Source: the human T2T-CHM13v2.0 reference genome, Homo sapiens. From it: 64,000 nt of DNA. A model generated the notes under the pieces. That model ran no database searches. It saw only the letters and a program-made list of their open reading frames with translations, and was not told the origin of the DNA. The DNA lies in assembly GCF_009914755.1 (NCBI RefSeq), contig NC_060940.1, one strand, 5' to 3'. Within the stretch, counting starts at the first letter, position 1; each line of letters opens with the position of its first letter. Below, piece after piece: positions 1-14,187 of this stretch. The position numbers and the translations under genes were made by a program.

Positions 1-3000
1 ATCGAATGGACTCAAATGGAATTATCAAATGGATTCGAATGGAATCATCATCGAATGAAATAGGAAGGAATCATCGAATGGAATCATCATTGAAAGGAAT
101 CGAATGGAATGTTCTAACAGACTCAAATGGAATCATTGTTGAATGGAATCGAAAGGAAACATCGAATAGACACGAATTGAATCATTATGGAATGGAATCA
201 AATGGAGTCATCATCAAATGGAATCATATAGAATCCTCATCGAATGGAACTGAATGGAATCATCGAATGGAATAGAATATAATTATCTCTGAAAGGAAAC
301 AAATGGAATCATCAAATGAAATCCAATGGAATCATTATCAAATGGAATCGAATGGAATCGTCATCAAATGGAATCGAGCAGAATCATCATCAAATGGAAT
401 CGAACAGAATCATCATCAAATGGAATGGAATGGAATCATCGAATGGACTTGAACAGAATCATCATCGAATGGAATCAAATCTAAACTTCGAATGGACTCG
501 AATGGAGTCATGATCGAATGGAATCGAATGTAATCTTCGAATGCACTCGAATGGAATAATCATTGAATGCAATCGAAGGGAATCAACATCGAATGGAATC
601 GAATGGAATCCTCAAATGGAATAGAATTGAATCAACATCGAATGGAATCGAATGGAATCCTCGAATGGAACAGAATTGAATTAACATCGAATGGAATCGA
701 ATAGAATCATCAAATGAAATCGAATGGAATCATCATGAAATGGAATCGAATGGAATCATCATCGAATGGAATCAAATCGAATCATCATCAAATGGAATCA
801 AATGGAATCATCAAAAATGGAATCAAATGGAATCATCGTTGACAGGAATCGAATGGAATAATCAATGAATGGAATCAAATGGAATCATTGAATGGAATCC
901 AATGTAATCATCATCGAATTGAACCCAATGGAATCATTACATGGAGTCAAATGGAATCACCAAATGGACTCAAATGGAATCATCATCAAGTGAAATCAAA
1001 TGGAATCATTGAATGGTCTCGAATGAAATCATCATCGAATGGAATCAAAAGGAATCATTGAATGGACTTGAATGGAATCACTGAATGGACTCAAAAGGAA
1101 TCATCATCGAATGGTATCAAATGGAATCATCGAATGGACACGAATGGAATCACCATCGAGTGGAATCAAATGGCATCATCAAATTGACTCTAATGGAATC
1201 ATCATCAAATGGAATCGAATGTAATAATCAAATGTACTCGAATGGAATCATCGAATGGACTGGAATGGAATTATCAACAAATGGAATCGAATGGAATTAT
1301 CGAATAGAATCAAATGTAATCATCAAATGAAATTGCATTAAATCATGGAATGGACAGGAATGGAGTCATCATCGAATGGAATCGAACGGAATCATCGAAC
1401 AGACTCGTATGGTATAATCATCGAATGGAATGGAGAGGAATCATCAAAGGAAATCAGTGGAATCATCATCGAATGATATCAAATGGAATAATTGAATGGG
1501 ATAAAATGGAATCATCATCGAATGGAATCAAATGGAATCTTCTAAAGGACACGAATGGAATACTCATTGAATGGAATTGAATGGAAACATCGAATGGACA
1601 CAAATGGAATCATCACCGAATGGAATTGAATGGAATCATTATGAAATCGAATCGAATAGAGTCGTCATTGAATGGAATCGAATGGAATCATCGCACGGAA
1701 GAGAATGGAATCATCATCGAATGGAATTGAATGGAATCATCATCGAATGGAATCAAATGGAATCATCATCGATTGGAAATGAATGGAATCGTAATCGAAT
1801 GGAATCGAATGAAATCATCAAATGGACATGAATGCAATCATCAACTGTGCTTCAATGGAATCATCATGGAATGGTATCGAATGGAATCATCGAATGGGCT
1901 CGAATGGAATCATCATCAAATGGAAACAGATGGAATCATAGAATGGACTTGAATGGAATCATCAAATGGACTCGAATGGAAACATCATCGAATGGAATCG
2001 AAAGAAATCATCCAATGGACTTGAATGGAATCATTGAGTGTACTCGAATGGAGTCATCATCGGATGAAATCGAATGGAATCACCCAATGGACACAAATGG
2101 TATCACCATTGAATGGAATCGAATGGAATCATCATCGAATGCAATCGAATGGAATCATCAAATGGACCCGAATGGAACCATCATCGAATAGAATCGAATG
2201 GAATCATCGAATGGAATCATCATCTAATGGAGTCCAAAGAAATCATCAAATGGACTTGAATGGAATCATCATAGAATGGAATTGAATGGAATCATCGAAT
2301 GGAATCGAGTGGAACCATCATCGAATGGAAGTGAATAGTATCATCAGATGCACTCAAATGGAATCATCAATGAATGGTATCATCGAATGGAATCAAGTGG
2401 AATAATCTTTAATTGGCATCAGAATAAATCACCGAATGGTCTTGAATGGAATAATCATTGAAAGGAATCGAATGGAATCATCAAATCGAATCGAATGGAA
2501 TCATCATAAAATGCAATCAAATGGAATCATCGATCGGACTCGAATGGAATCATCATCGAATGGAATCGAAAAGAATCAACACCAAATGGAGTCGAATAGA
2601 ATCATCATCAAATGGAATCCAAAGAAATCATCATTGAATGGATTCAAATGGAATCATCAAATGGACTCAGATGGAATCATCGAATGGAATCAAACAGAAT
2701 CATCAATGAATGGAATCATAAAATTGAATCCAGTGTAGTCATCGTCGAATTGAACCCAATGGGATCATTAAATGGAATCGAATGGAATCATCGAATGGAC
2801 TCAAATGGAATCATCATCGAATGGAATAGAATGGAATCATCGAATGCAATCGAATGGAATCTTCAAATGGACTTGAACAGAATCATCATCGAATGAAATC
2901 GAATGGAATCATGGAATGGACTCGAATGGAACCATCATTGAATGGAATTGAAGGGAATCATCAAATGGACTTGAATGGAATCATTGAATGGACTCGAATG

Positions 3001-6000
3001 GAATCATCATCGAATTGTATCGAAGGGAATCATTGAATTTACTCGAATGGAATAATCATCAAATGGAACCGAATGGAATCATCGAATGGAATCCAATGGA
3101 ATCATCATTGAATGGAAGCAAATTGATTCGTCTTCGAATTGACTTGAATGAAATCATCATTGAATGGAGCCAAATTGATTCATCTTCGAGTTGAACCAAA
3201 TGGAATCATCAACGAATGGAATCAAATGGAGAAATCGAATGGAGAAATCGAATGGAATCCTTTGGAATCATCATCGAATGGAACCGAATGCAGTCATCAT
3301 CAAATTGAATAGAATGGAATCATCAGCGAATGGAATCGAAAGGAATCATCATGGAATAGAATCAAATGGAATCATTGAATGGAATGGAATGGAATCATCA
3401 TGGAAAGGAATCGAAGGGAATCATCGAATAGAATCGAACAGAATCATTGAATGGAATCGAAGGGAATGATCATCAAATGGACTCAAATGGAATTATCATC
3501 AAAAGGAATCAAATGGAATCATCGATTGGACTCTAATGGAATAATCAGGTGGACTCCAATGGCATCATCAAATGGAATTGAATGGAATCATCAAATGGAC
3601 TCGAATGGAATCATCATCAAATGAAATTGGAAGGAATCAACGAAGGGACTCGAATGGAATCATCGAATGGACTCGAATGGAATCATCATTGAATGGAATC
3701 CAATGAAATCATCGAATGGACTCAATTGGAATCACCATCAAAAGGAATCGAATGGGATCATCATGAAATGGAAATGAATGGGATCATCATGAAAATAAAT
3801 CGAATGGATTCACTGAATGGACTCGAACGTAATGATCAAATGGACTCGAATGGAATCATCAAATGGAATCATTGAATGGACTCGAATGGAATTACTAAAT
3901 GGACTCGAATGGAGTCATCGAATGGACTCTAATGGAATCATCATAAAATGGAACATTATGGAATCATCAAATGGACTCGAATGTAATCATTGAATGGACT
4001 TGAATGAAGTCATCGAATGGACTCGAATGGAATTATCATCTAATGGAATCGAATGGAATCCTCGAATAGAGTCAGATGGAATCATCAAATGGAATCAAAA
4101 GGAAAAATCATCGAATGGTATTGAATGGAATCATAGAATGGAATCGAAGGCAATCATCATTGAATGGAATCAAATGGAATCATAGAATGGAATCAAATGG
4201 AATCATCATCAAGTGCAATTGAGTGGAATCATTGAATGGAATCGAATGGAATCATTGTCGAATGGAATGGAATGGAATCAATGAATGGAAATGAATGGAA
4301 TCACCAATGAATGGAATCGAATGGAATCATCATTGGATGGAATCGAATGGAATCATCGAATGGACTTGAAGAGTATCATCATCGAATGGAATTGTGTGGA
4401 ATCATCTAATGGGCACCAATAGAATCATCATCGAATGGAATCAAATGGAATCATCTAATGTACTCGAATGGAATCATCATTGAATGGAATAGAATGGAAT
4501 CATCGAATGGAATCGAACAGAATCATCATAGTATGGAATCGAGTGGAATCATCGAATGGACTCGAATGTAATCATCAGAGAATGGAATCAAATAGTATCA
4601 TCAAATGGACTCGAATGGAATCATCATCGAATGGAATCGAATGGAATCATTGAATTGACTTGAATGGAATCATCATGGAATATAATCAAAAGCAATTATC
4701 AAATAGATTTGAATAGAATCATCAAAAGGACTCGAATGGAATCATCATTGAATGGCATCCAATGGAAACATCGAATGGACCCGAATGAAATCATCATTGA
4801 ATGGAATCAAATGGAATCATCAAATGGAATCGAAAGGAAACATCATCGAATGGAATCAAACGGAATCATCCAACGGACTGAAATGAAATCATTATTGAAT
4901 GGAATCTAATGAAATCTTTATTGAATGGAATCAAATGAAATCATCGAATGGAATCAAATGGAATCATCATCAAATGGAATCGAATGGAATCACTGTATGG
5001 ACTCGAATGGAATCCTCATCTAATGGAATTGAAAGGAATCATCTAATGGACTCGAAAGGAATCATCTAATGGACTAAAAAGGAATCATCTAATGGACTCG
5101 AAAGGAATCATCATCGAATGAAATTAAATGGAATCACTGAATGGAGATGAAAGGAATCATCATCGAATAGAATCGAATGGAATCATTGAATGGACTCAAA
5201 AGGACTATCGTTGAATGGAATCAAAAGCCATCATTGAATGGACTGAAATGGAATTATTGAATGGATTCGAATGGAATCACTGAATGGACTCGAATGGAAT
5301 CATCATCGAATGGACTCAAATGGAATGATCGAATGGACTCGAATGGAATCATGGATTGGACTCAAATGGAATTATTGAATGGGCTAGAATGGAATCATCA
5401 AATGGACTCGAATGGAATCATTATGGAACGGAATGAAATGGAATAATCAAATGGAATTGAATGGAATCATCGAATGGAATCGATCAGAATCTTCGTCAAA
5501 TGGAATCAGATGGAATCATCAAATGGAATCGAATGCAGTCATCATCGAATGGACTCGAATAGTATCATCATCCAATGGAATTGAATGGAATCATCAAATG
5601 GATTTGAATGGAATCATCATCGAATGGAATCTAATGGAATAATTAAATGAACTGGAATGGAATCATCTAAAGGAGTTGAATGGAATCATCATTGAATGAA
5701 ATCAAATGGAATCACAGAACAACATCGAATGGAATCGTCATCGAATGGAGTCAAATGGAATCAATGAATGGACTCGAACGGAATCATCATTGAATGAAAT
5801 CGAATGGAATCATAGAACAGCATCGAATGGAATCATAGAATAACATCGAATGGAATCATAGAATAGCATCAAATGGAATCATCGTCAAATGGAGTCGAAT
5901 GGAATCATCGAATGGACGCGAACGGAATCGTAATGCAATGTAATCGAATGGAATCTTCGAATGGACCCAAATGGAATCATCATCGAATGCAACCAAATGG

Positions 6001-9000
6001 AATTGACATTGAATGGAATCGAATGTAATCATCATCGAATGGAATCGAATGGAATCATCATCAAATGGAATCGAATGGAATCATAGAATTGAATAGAATG
6101 GGATCATCATCGAATGGAATCAAATAGAATCATTGAATGAAATCGAATGTAATCATCATTGAATGGCATCGAATGGTATCATCATCGAATGGAATCATCG
6201 AATGGAATCGAATGGAATCATCATCAAATGAAATTGAAGGGAATCATTGAATGGCATTGAAAGGAATCATCATCCAATGGAATCAAATGGAATCATCCAA
6301 CGGACTCGTTTCGAATCATCATCGAATAGAACTGTGTGGAATCATCGAATGGACATGAATGGAGTCGTCATCGAATGGAATCAAATGGAATCATCATCAA
6401 ATGGAGTCGAATAGAATCACCATAGAATAGAATGGAATGGAATCATCTAATGGAAGAGAATGGAATCATCATCGAATGGAATCAAATAGAATCATCGAAC
6501 AAAATCAAATATAATCATCATCGAATGGAATAAAATGGATTCATGATCGAATGGAATCGAATGGAATCATCATCAAATGGAATCAAATGCAATCATCAAC
6601 AAATTGAATCGCATGGAATCATTGAATGGAATCTAACGGAATCATCAACACATAGAAACGAATGGAACCATCATGGAGAGGAATCTAATGGAATCATCAT
6701 CGAATGGAATCCAATGGGATCACTGAATTGAATGAAGAGATCATCGAATGGAATCAAATGGAATCATAGAATGGATTCAAAAGGAATCATCATCAAATGG
6801 AATCGAATGGAATCATCGAATGGACTCGAGTGGAATCATCATTGAATGGAATCAAATGGAATCATTGAATGAACACGAATGGAATCATCATTGAATGGAA
6901 TCCAAAGGAATCATCGAATGGACTCAAATGGAAATATCATCAAATGGAACCAAATGGAATCATCGAATGGCTTCGAATAGAATCATCAAAGAATCATATC
7001 TAAGGGAATAATCAAATGGACTCGAATGGAATCATCTAATGAACTCGAATGGAATCATCATCGAATGGAATCGAATGGAATCATCGAATGGACTGAATGG
7101 AATCATCATCGAATGGAATTGAATGGAATCATCGAATGGACTCGAATGGAATCATCTTCAAATGGAATCTAATGGAATCAGGGAATGGACTCGAATGGAA
7201 TCATCAACAAATGGAATCAAATGGAATCATCGAATGGCATTGAATGGAATCGTCATGGAATGGAATGGAATGGAATCATCAATGAAAGGAATCGAATGGA
7301 ATGATAGAATGGAAGCCAGTGTAATCATCATCGTATTGAACTCAATGGAATCATTAAATGAACCCGAATGAAATCATTGAATGGACTCGAATGGAATCAT
7401 CATCAAATGGAATAGAATGGAATCATTCAATGGAATCAAATGGAATCAACATAGAATGAAATCAAATGGAATCATCGAATGGACTTGAATGGAATCATCA
7501 TTGAATGGAATCGAATGGAATCATCGAATGGACTCTAATGGAATCTTCGAATGGACTCAAATAGAATCATCATCGAATGGACCCAAAAAGAATTATCAAA
7601 TGGACACGAATGGAATCATCATTGAATACACTCAAATGGAATTATCAAATGGACTTGAATGGAATCACGGATTGGACTCAAATGGAATTAACAAATGGGC
7701 TCGAATGGAATCATCGAATGGACTCGAATGGAATCATTATCGAATGGAATCAAATGGAATCATTGAATGGAATAGAATGGAATCATCATACAAAATCAAT
7801 CGCAATCATCATCGAATGGAATCAAATGTAATCGTCTAATGGAATCGAATGCAGTCATCATGAAATGGGATCGAACGGCATCATTGAATGAAGTTGAATG
7901 GAATCATCATCAAATGGAATAGAATGGAATCATCATTGAATGGAATCTAATGGATTCATCATCCAATGTAATTGAATGGAATCATCATTGAATGGAATCA
8001 TCATCGAATGGAATCAAATGGAATCATCCAATGTAATAGAATTGAATCTTCATCAAATGGAATCAAATATAATCATCGAAAGAAATCAAATGGAATCATC
8101 ATTGAATGAAATCGAATGGAATCATCAATGAAAGGAATCGAATGGAATCATAGAATGGAAGCCAATGTAATCATTATCATATTGAACTCAATGGAATCAT
8201 TAAATGAACCCGAATGAAATCATTGAAAGGACTCGAATGGAATCATCATCAAATGGAATAGAATGGAATCATTCAATGGAATCAAATGGAATCATCATCG
8301 AATGAAATCAAATGGAATCATTGAATGGACTCGAATTTAATCATCATCAAATGGAATCGAATGGAATAATCAAATGGACTCAAATGGAATCATCATTGAA
8401 TGGACTTAAAAAGAATTATCAAATGGACATGAACGGAATCATCATTGAATGGACTCAAATGGAATTATTGAATGGACTCGAATGGATTCATGGATTGGAC
8501 TCAAATGGAATTAACAAATGGGCTCAAATGGAAACATCGAATGAACTCAAATGGAATCATTATCGAATGGAATCAAATGGAATCATCGAATGGAATAGAA
8601 TGGAATCATCATACATAATCGATTGCAATCATCATCAAATGGAGTCAAAAGTAATCATCAAATGGAATCGAATGCAGTCATCATCAAATGGAATTGAATA
8701 GAATCATCGAAAGGAATCGAATGGAATCATCATCAAATGGAATTAAATAGAATCATCGAAAGGAATCGAATGGAATCATCCTCAAATGTAATCCAATGGA
8801 ATCATCGAATGGAAATCAAATGGAATAATCTAATAGAATTGAATGGAATCAGCATCGAACGATATCAAAAGGAAACGTCATCGAATATAATCGAATGGAA
8901 TCATTGAATGGAATCATCAAATGGAATCATCATCAAATGGAGTCAAATGGAATCATCAAATGGACTCGAATGGAATCATCATAGAATGGAATTGAATGGA

Positions 9001-10464
9001 ATCATCGAGTGAAATCCAATGGATTCATCACTGAGATCGAATGGTATCATGGAATGCACTCAAATGGAATCATCAATGAATGGTATTGAATGGTATCTAA
9101 TGGAATCGAATGGAATCATCTTCAATTGGAATCAAAAGGAATCACTGAATGGACTCGAATGGAATAATCATCGAAAGGAATCAAATGGAATCATTGAATG
9201 GCATCAAATGGAATAATCATCGAATGGAATTGAATGGAATCATCGAATGGAGTCTAATGTAATAATCATTGAATGAAATAAAATGGAATCATCGAATGGA
9301 ATTGAATGGAAATATCATCAAATGGAATCAAATGAAATCATGGAATGCACTCGAATGGATTCATTGAATGGACTCAAATGGAATCAACATGGAGTGGAAT
9401 CGAAAGAAAACATCAAATGGTGTTGAATGGAATAATCAAATGGAACCATCATCGAACGGAATAGAATGGAATCATCGAATGGACGTGAAAGGAATCATCA
9501 TTGAATGTAATCAAATGGAATCATCGAATGGAATCGAATGAAATCATCATCAAATGGACAAAAATGGAATCATCAATGAATGGAATCGAATGGAGCCATC
9601 GAATGGAATCATCATCAAATGGAACAGAATGGAATCATCAATGAATGGAATCGAATGGAGTCATCGAATGGAGTCCGTTAGAATCATCATCGAATGGAAC
9701 CGAATACAGTCATCATCTAATGGAATCAAATGGAATCATCAAATGGACTTGATGGAATCATCATCGCATGGAATAGAATGGAATCTTCAAATGGACTCAA
9801 ATGGAATCATCATCGAATGCAATCGAATGGAATCAACGATTCGATATGAATGGAATCACCATCAAATGAAATCGAATGGAAACTTTGAATGGAATCAAAT
9901 GAAATTATTGAGTGGAATCGAAAAGAATCATCACTGAATAGAATCGAATTCGATCATCATCGAATGGAATCTAATGAAATCATCATCAAATAGAATCTAG
10001 TGTAGTCAACATCTAATGGAATAGAATGGAATAAGCAAGGAATGGAATCGAATGGAGAAATCAAATGGAATCCGTTGGAATCATCATCGAATGGAACCGA
10101 ATGCAGTCATCATAGAATGGAATTGAATGGAATCATCGAATGGACTCGAATTGTGTCATCATTGAATGGAATCGGATCAAATCATTGAATGGACTCGAAT
10201 GGAATCATCGAGTGGACTCAAATGGAAACATTATCATACGGAATTGAATAGAATCCTCGAATGGACTCTAATGGAATCATCATTGAATGGAATCAAATGG
10301 AATCATCGAATGGACTCTAATGGAACCATCATTGAATGGAATCGAATGGAATCATCAAATGGACTCGAATGGAATCATTGAATGGACTCGAATGGAATAA
10401 TCATCGAATGGAATCGAGTGGAATCCTCGAATGGAATCAAATGGAATCATCAAATGGAATTGAA
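1..10464 (+). repeat. Human Satellite 2 (HSat2/HSATII) array, left flank
   Basis: Continuous GGAAT-derived tandem repeat rich in GAATCGAATG (reverse complement of the HSat2 signature CATTCGATTC) and ATCATC. It has 26-bp (TCATCGAATGGAATCGAATGGAATCA) and 23-bp (GAATGGACTCGAATGGAATCATC) monomers with abundant TCAAAT/TTGAAT CpG-decay variants, and ends abruptly at ...GGAATTGAA|CAGACTTATAAG. Confidence 0.97.
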
Positions 10465-10499
10465 CAGACTTATAAGAAACTTACTTGAACCAAATAATA

Positions 10500-10850
10500 G
10501 AAAAACAAACAAACCAAAACCCCCTAAAACTGTGATGAGCAAAGTAGACATCAGAACAGGAAATATCACTGGGGATGAAGAATAATGTTTCAAAATGACA
10601 AAGGGGAAAATACACCAAGAAGTCATGTAAATAAGAAATATGTATGCACACAATAGCATTACTTCAAAATACATAATATAAAACCTATTAAAAATGAAAG
10701 GTAAAATAGTAAAACCACAGTCATCCATGGGGATTTCAACAGTCTCCTGCCAGAAATTTTTAAATTTTGCTAAATGAAAAGTTGGTAAGGCTAGAGAGGA
10801 TCTTATAAATATAATTAGCCAACTTGATCCAATTGAATCTTTTAGAATAA
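10500..10850 (+). mobile_element. Ancient L1 (L1M-type) ORF2 endonuclease fragment, degenerate
   Basis: Conceptual translation across frameshifts gives SKVDIRTGNITGDEE, NMYAHNSITSKYI and GDFNSLL, plus an EDL.NIISQLD-like segment. These match the L1 EN motifs KVDF..I, NIYAPN, GDFNTPL and DLN..I.QLDL. Confidence 0.75.
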
Positions 10851-10859
10851 TCTAAGGAT

Positions 10860-11190
10860 GAGGAGTGAGGTAGCAGAGAAAGAAAAGGCAGACATCAACG
10901 TGACGTTAGTGTTTCAAGGCTATGAGAATACACCAATAATGGTGTGTGTGTGTGTGCAGATGGTAAGCTCAATCTTAAAATTATTGAGTTTTAACTGACA
11001 ATTCATTATTAGGAAAGATAAGAGGAAATGATATCTAGTGAGAGGCTATATGACTGAACTCTAAGAGAAAAGTCACAGCAGAAATTGTGTACTTGACCGC
11101 TCGAGAAGGAGGTCAGTCAAAAATAAGTCAGTGATGAATTCTCTGGTATAAAAGCAGAGGAATGAGGATTAGATTGAAAACACATGGAAG
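10860..11190 (-). mobile_element. Possible highly diverged L2 fragment
   Basis: Purine-rich stretch loosely resembling the antisense L2 3' ORF region; recognised only by general similarity. Confidence 0.3.
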
Positions 11191-11499
11191 CAGAGTGACT
11201 TATGATAAAAACATGAGCTTGAAAATCCTGCAGAGAGGGCTTTAAATCCTGGGTATGATATTCTGCTTGTGTAGGCAATAGTGATAAAAACACAACAACA
11301 AAGAGAGGTAAAGAGCACTTTCCTTTGATATAAGTAAAGGGCACGTCTTATTGCACACATGTATATATATAGGTATTCAACTGAGATTCAACATGTTTCT
11401 CCCATTGAAACAGCAAGCTCTCCAGGCCTTCATGTTCCCAGTGAGGTAGGTAACCTTCTGATGATTACACTCACCCTCCCTCATTGCAAAACTCCCATT

Positions 11500-11960
11500 G
11501 TTATTTTCTTGGCTCTGGATTCCCTCAAAAATAGACTATGAAACAAATATCGGGGGTCAGATACTTTAATCAGAAATTGAGTGAGAAAGCACAGAAGTGG
11601 AGAAAATGAAACAGAACACGAAGCCAGTGTGAATGAGTAGTTATTGCTATGTGCTCAGTAATGATGGAGGTATGGAGATTGTCTCAAAATAACTTTACAA
11701 AGATGGGGATTCCAGCATCCCCATCTCTTATTTCTTAAGGACTGCCTTATAATCATTAACTCTCCACCCCTAACTCCTTCTTTGTTCCTATGTGTGGTTG
11801 AGAAGCACTGGTTAGCCTCAAGAAGCTTTCAGGCAGGCCCCAAAATCAGAAAGACAGGCATGATGTGGGGAGCTCTCAGTTAGCTGGAAACAGGTGAATT
11901 TCAGGTGAACACATTGAGTCCAGTACATAGAAGACAAGTCATCGGCAATATCTGCTATAA
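11500..11960. mobile_element. Old ERVL-type solo LTR (LTR33/LTR16-like)
   Basis: Begins with GGATTCCCTCAAAAATAGACTATGAAACAAATATCGGGG and ends ATCTGCTATA, resembling recalled consensus ends of this group; very diverged. Confidence 0.4.
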
Positions 11961-11998
11961 CCACTTTTGTTTTTCTTTTTAAGAACATATATACTTTC

Positions 11999-12620
11999 TA
12001 TTGGGGGTCCCCAAGTCCCCCTTTGGTTTAATGATTCACATAACTCAAGAAAGCTGATTTTTTCTGTGGTTATAGTTTCTAACAGTGAAAGAAACCAGAT
12101 TAAAATAATCAGAAGCATAAAAGCACATAAAGTTGAGTCCAGGACAAACCAGATGTGAGCTTACAGGTGTCCTTTCATAGTGGGGACTTCACACTGACTA
12201 ATTTTCTTTACAATGGTGTGAGACAACATGTGTGAACTCGTTGCCAACTAGGGAAGCTCGGTCAGTCTTGAGTCCAGGGTTTTTATTAGGATTCCACCAC
12301 ATATGCATCGAGCGTCCTGTGACTGAACTTAGCTACTTAGTTCCCAACCTCCCTATGCCCTAAGAGAGGTCATATTAATATGGCATTACAAAAAGTCATG
12401 GGCATACAGAAACAGGTGCTCACAAGAAATCACGTTGTTAGCATCAGCTATTTGATATGACCTACGTTTTCAGGTATACAAAGACTCTCATCAGGCAGTA
12501 TATACCAAGGGCTCATAGGTTATCATCTCCCAGGAGCTTGTCAAGGGCCAGTCCTGAAGACCTTTGGAATGCGCAAGGTTTTAGAAAGCCATGTCTGCAG
12601 AATTAACCCTTCATTACACA
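11999..12620 (-). mobile_element. ERVL LTR, MER77/MER68/MER21-group
   Basis: The reverse complement starts TGTGTAATGAAGGGTTAATTCTGCAG...GGACTGGCCCTTGACAAGCTCCTGGGAGATGATAACC. The + strand carries GGGGGTCCCCAAG and CCAGGGTTTTTATT (antisense polyA-like), typical of this group. Confidence 0.7.
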
Positions 12621-12989
12621 ACCTCCAAGAATTTTTTAATCATTAAAAATATTTTTTGATCTTTGACAATGTACCAACCAATACTGAGTAATTAGTAACA
12701 ACAGTGTACTCCTGAGTACTTGCACCTTCAAGGAGAAAAAGGACAGATGCACTTACATTGGACAGATGCAAATAGACACCTCTATGACAAGTAAAGCTGG
12801 AATAATCAATAAATTCCTAAAGACAAAGGGGGACTGGTAAGATTGGGAGACTGCTGACAGCTGCAGAAGTTGGGAAAGATCCATCATCTTGAAAACTTTT
12901 TCCCCACAAACCCACTGCAATCTCTCAAGCAATTGGTAAGGAATTCAATAGAGTCTGTATATGACACAGATCAGGGAGAGCAGAAAACT

Positions 12990-13268
12990 TGGGAGGTGAC
13001 CAGGTCTTGGGGGTCGAGCCTTATGAATGGGATTAGTGCCTTTATAAAAGAAGCTCAATGGAGTTCTTGTGTGCCTTCCACTACGTGAGGACAAAGAAAG
13101 AAGGCACCATCTATGAACCATGAAATTGGCTCTCATCAAACACTGAATTTGTGAGCATTTTGACCTGAGATCTTACAGCCTCAAGTAGTGTGAAAAAAGA
13201 AATATCTGTTGTTTTTTAGTCACCCAGTTTATGTTATTTTGTTATAAGAGTCCAAATAGATCAAGACG
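12990..13268 (+). mobile_element. MaLR LTR, MLT1A/MLT1A0-like (5'-truncated)
   Basis: ATGAATGGGATTAGTGCCTTTATAAAAG, CACTACGTGAGGACA, CCATCTATGAACCA and a 3' end CACCCAGTTTATGTTATTTTGTTATA...AAGAC. Confidence 0.8.
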
Positions 13269-13479
13269 TTCCGCTTAACATGTAGGGGAAGACAACAAAA
13301 GCTGCCACACTTAGAATACTCCTGATGCTGGGAGTATGAACACAGGAAAAACAAAACAAAACTGCTCTTGAAGGTGAAGGAGGAATATCACTGAGCTCAC
13401 CAACACAGCCAGGAAAAGAACAGAAGTGTGAGAAGGCTACATTCCTGAGACTCTGAGAAAAAGTACCTGCATAGGACTG

Positions 13480-14175
13480 AGATGAAATTAACTATTCTAG
13501 TTATGATTGAAATCCCAAAAAGAAAAGAGGGAAAAATAATGGAGCAAAAGAAATATTTTTCAAAATAACTGCCAAAATTATTCTAAAATAAGTGACGGAA
13601 AATCAAACTTCAGATATAGGAAACTCAGAGAATGTCAAATAGAACAAAAAGAAATAAGAATTACATCTTGAAAAATCTTTAAAAAATCAAGTCTAAATTT
13701 TTTATCTTGCTCCAAATATACAGAGATATAAATAGGTTATCATCAAGATATGGAGAAAGCCATATCATGGAAACACTAAGATAAGACTGTGGAAGGACTA
13801 CATTGATATTAGACAAAACCGAGTTCGGAACATGTAATACTATCAGAGATGAGAGATAATAGATAATAGAATAATCAATTCTCAAGAAGATGTAAACATC
13901 CTACTAATTAGGGTATGCAGGTAACAACAGAGCCTCCAAATACATGAGATAAAACAAGAAAGAAATCAAAGGTGAACTAGAAAAATCCAAAATTATATTT
14001 GCAGACTTCAACACTTTTGTCTTAGTAATGTAAACACTAGGCACAAACTCAGTAATCATGTGGAAGATAAGAACAACAATATCACCAACAAGACATCCAA
14101 TCTTCAATGGCAGATACTCTTTCCTTTCAAGTGAAAAAAAACAGTATGGCATATTCTCTAACAAACCCAGAATTT
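13480..14175 (+). mobile_element. Ancient L1M fragment: ORF1 remnant followed by ORF2 endonuclease remnant
   Basis: ATTGAAATCCCAAAAAGAAAAGAGGGAAAAATAATGGAGCAAAAGAAATATTT resembles ORF1 IGIPE.EE.ENGAEEIF. Downstream, TATGCAGGTAACAACAGAGCCTCCAAATACATG (YA.NNRASKYM) and GCAGACTTCAACACT (DFNT) match the endonuclease. Confidence 0.75.
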
Positions 14176-14187
14176 CTAATATTTGTG

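Noticed and set aside
1-10464. CRISPR-like array (short regular repeats)
   Set aside because: The repeats are contiguous with no unique spacers, no cas genes are present, and the context is primate (Alu, L1).
10500-14175. Two L1 endonuclease fragments as an internal duplication or an active L1
   Set aside because: They cover a similar ORF2 region but differ strongly in sequence and are full of stops and frameshifts; they are separate ancient relics.
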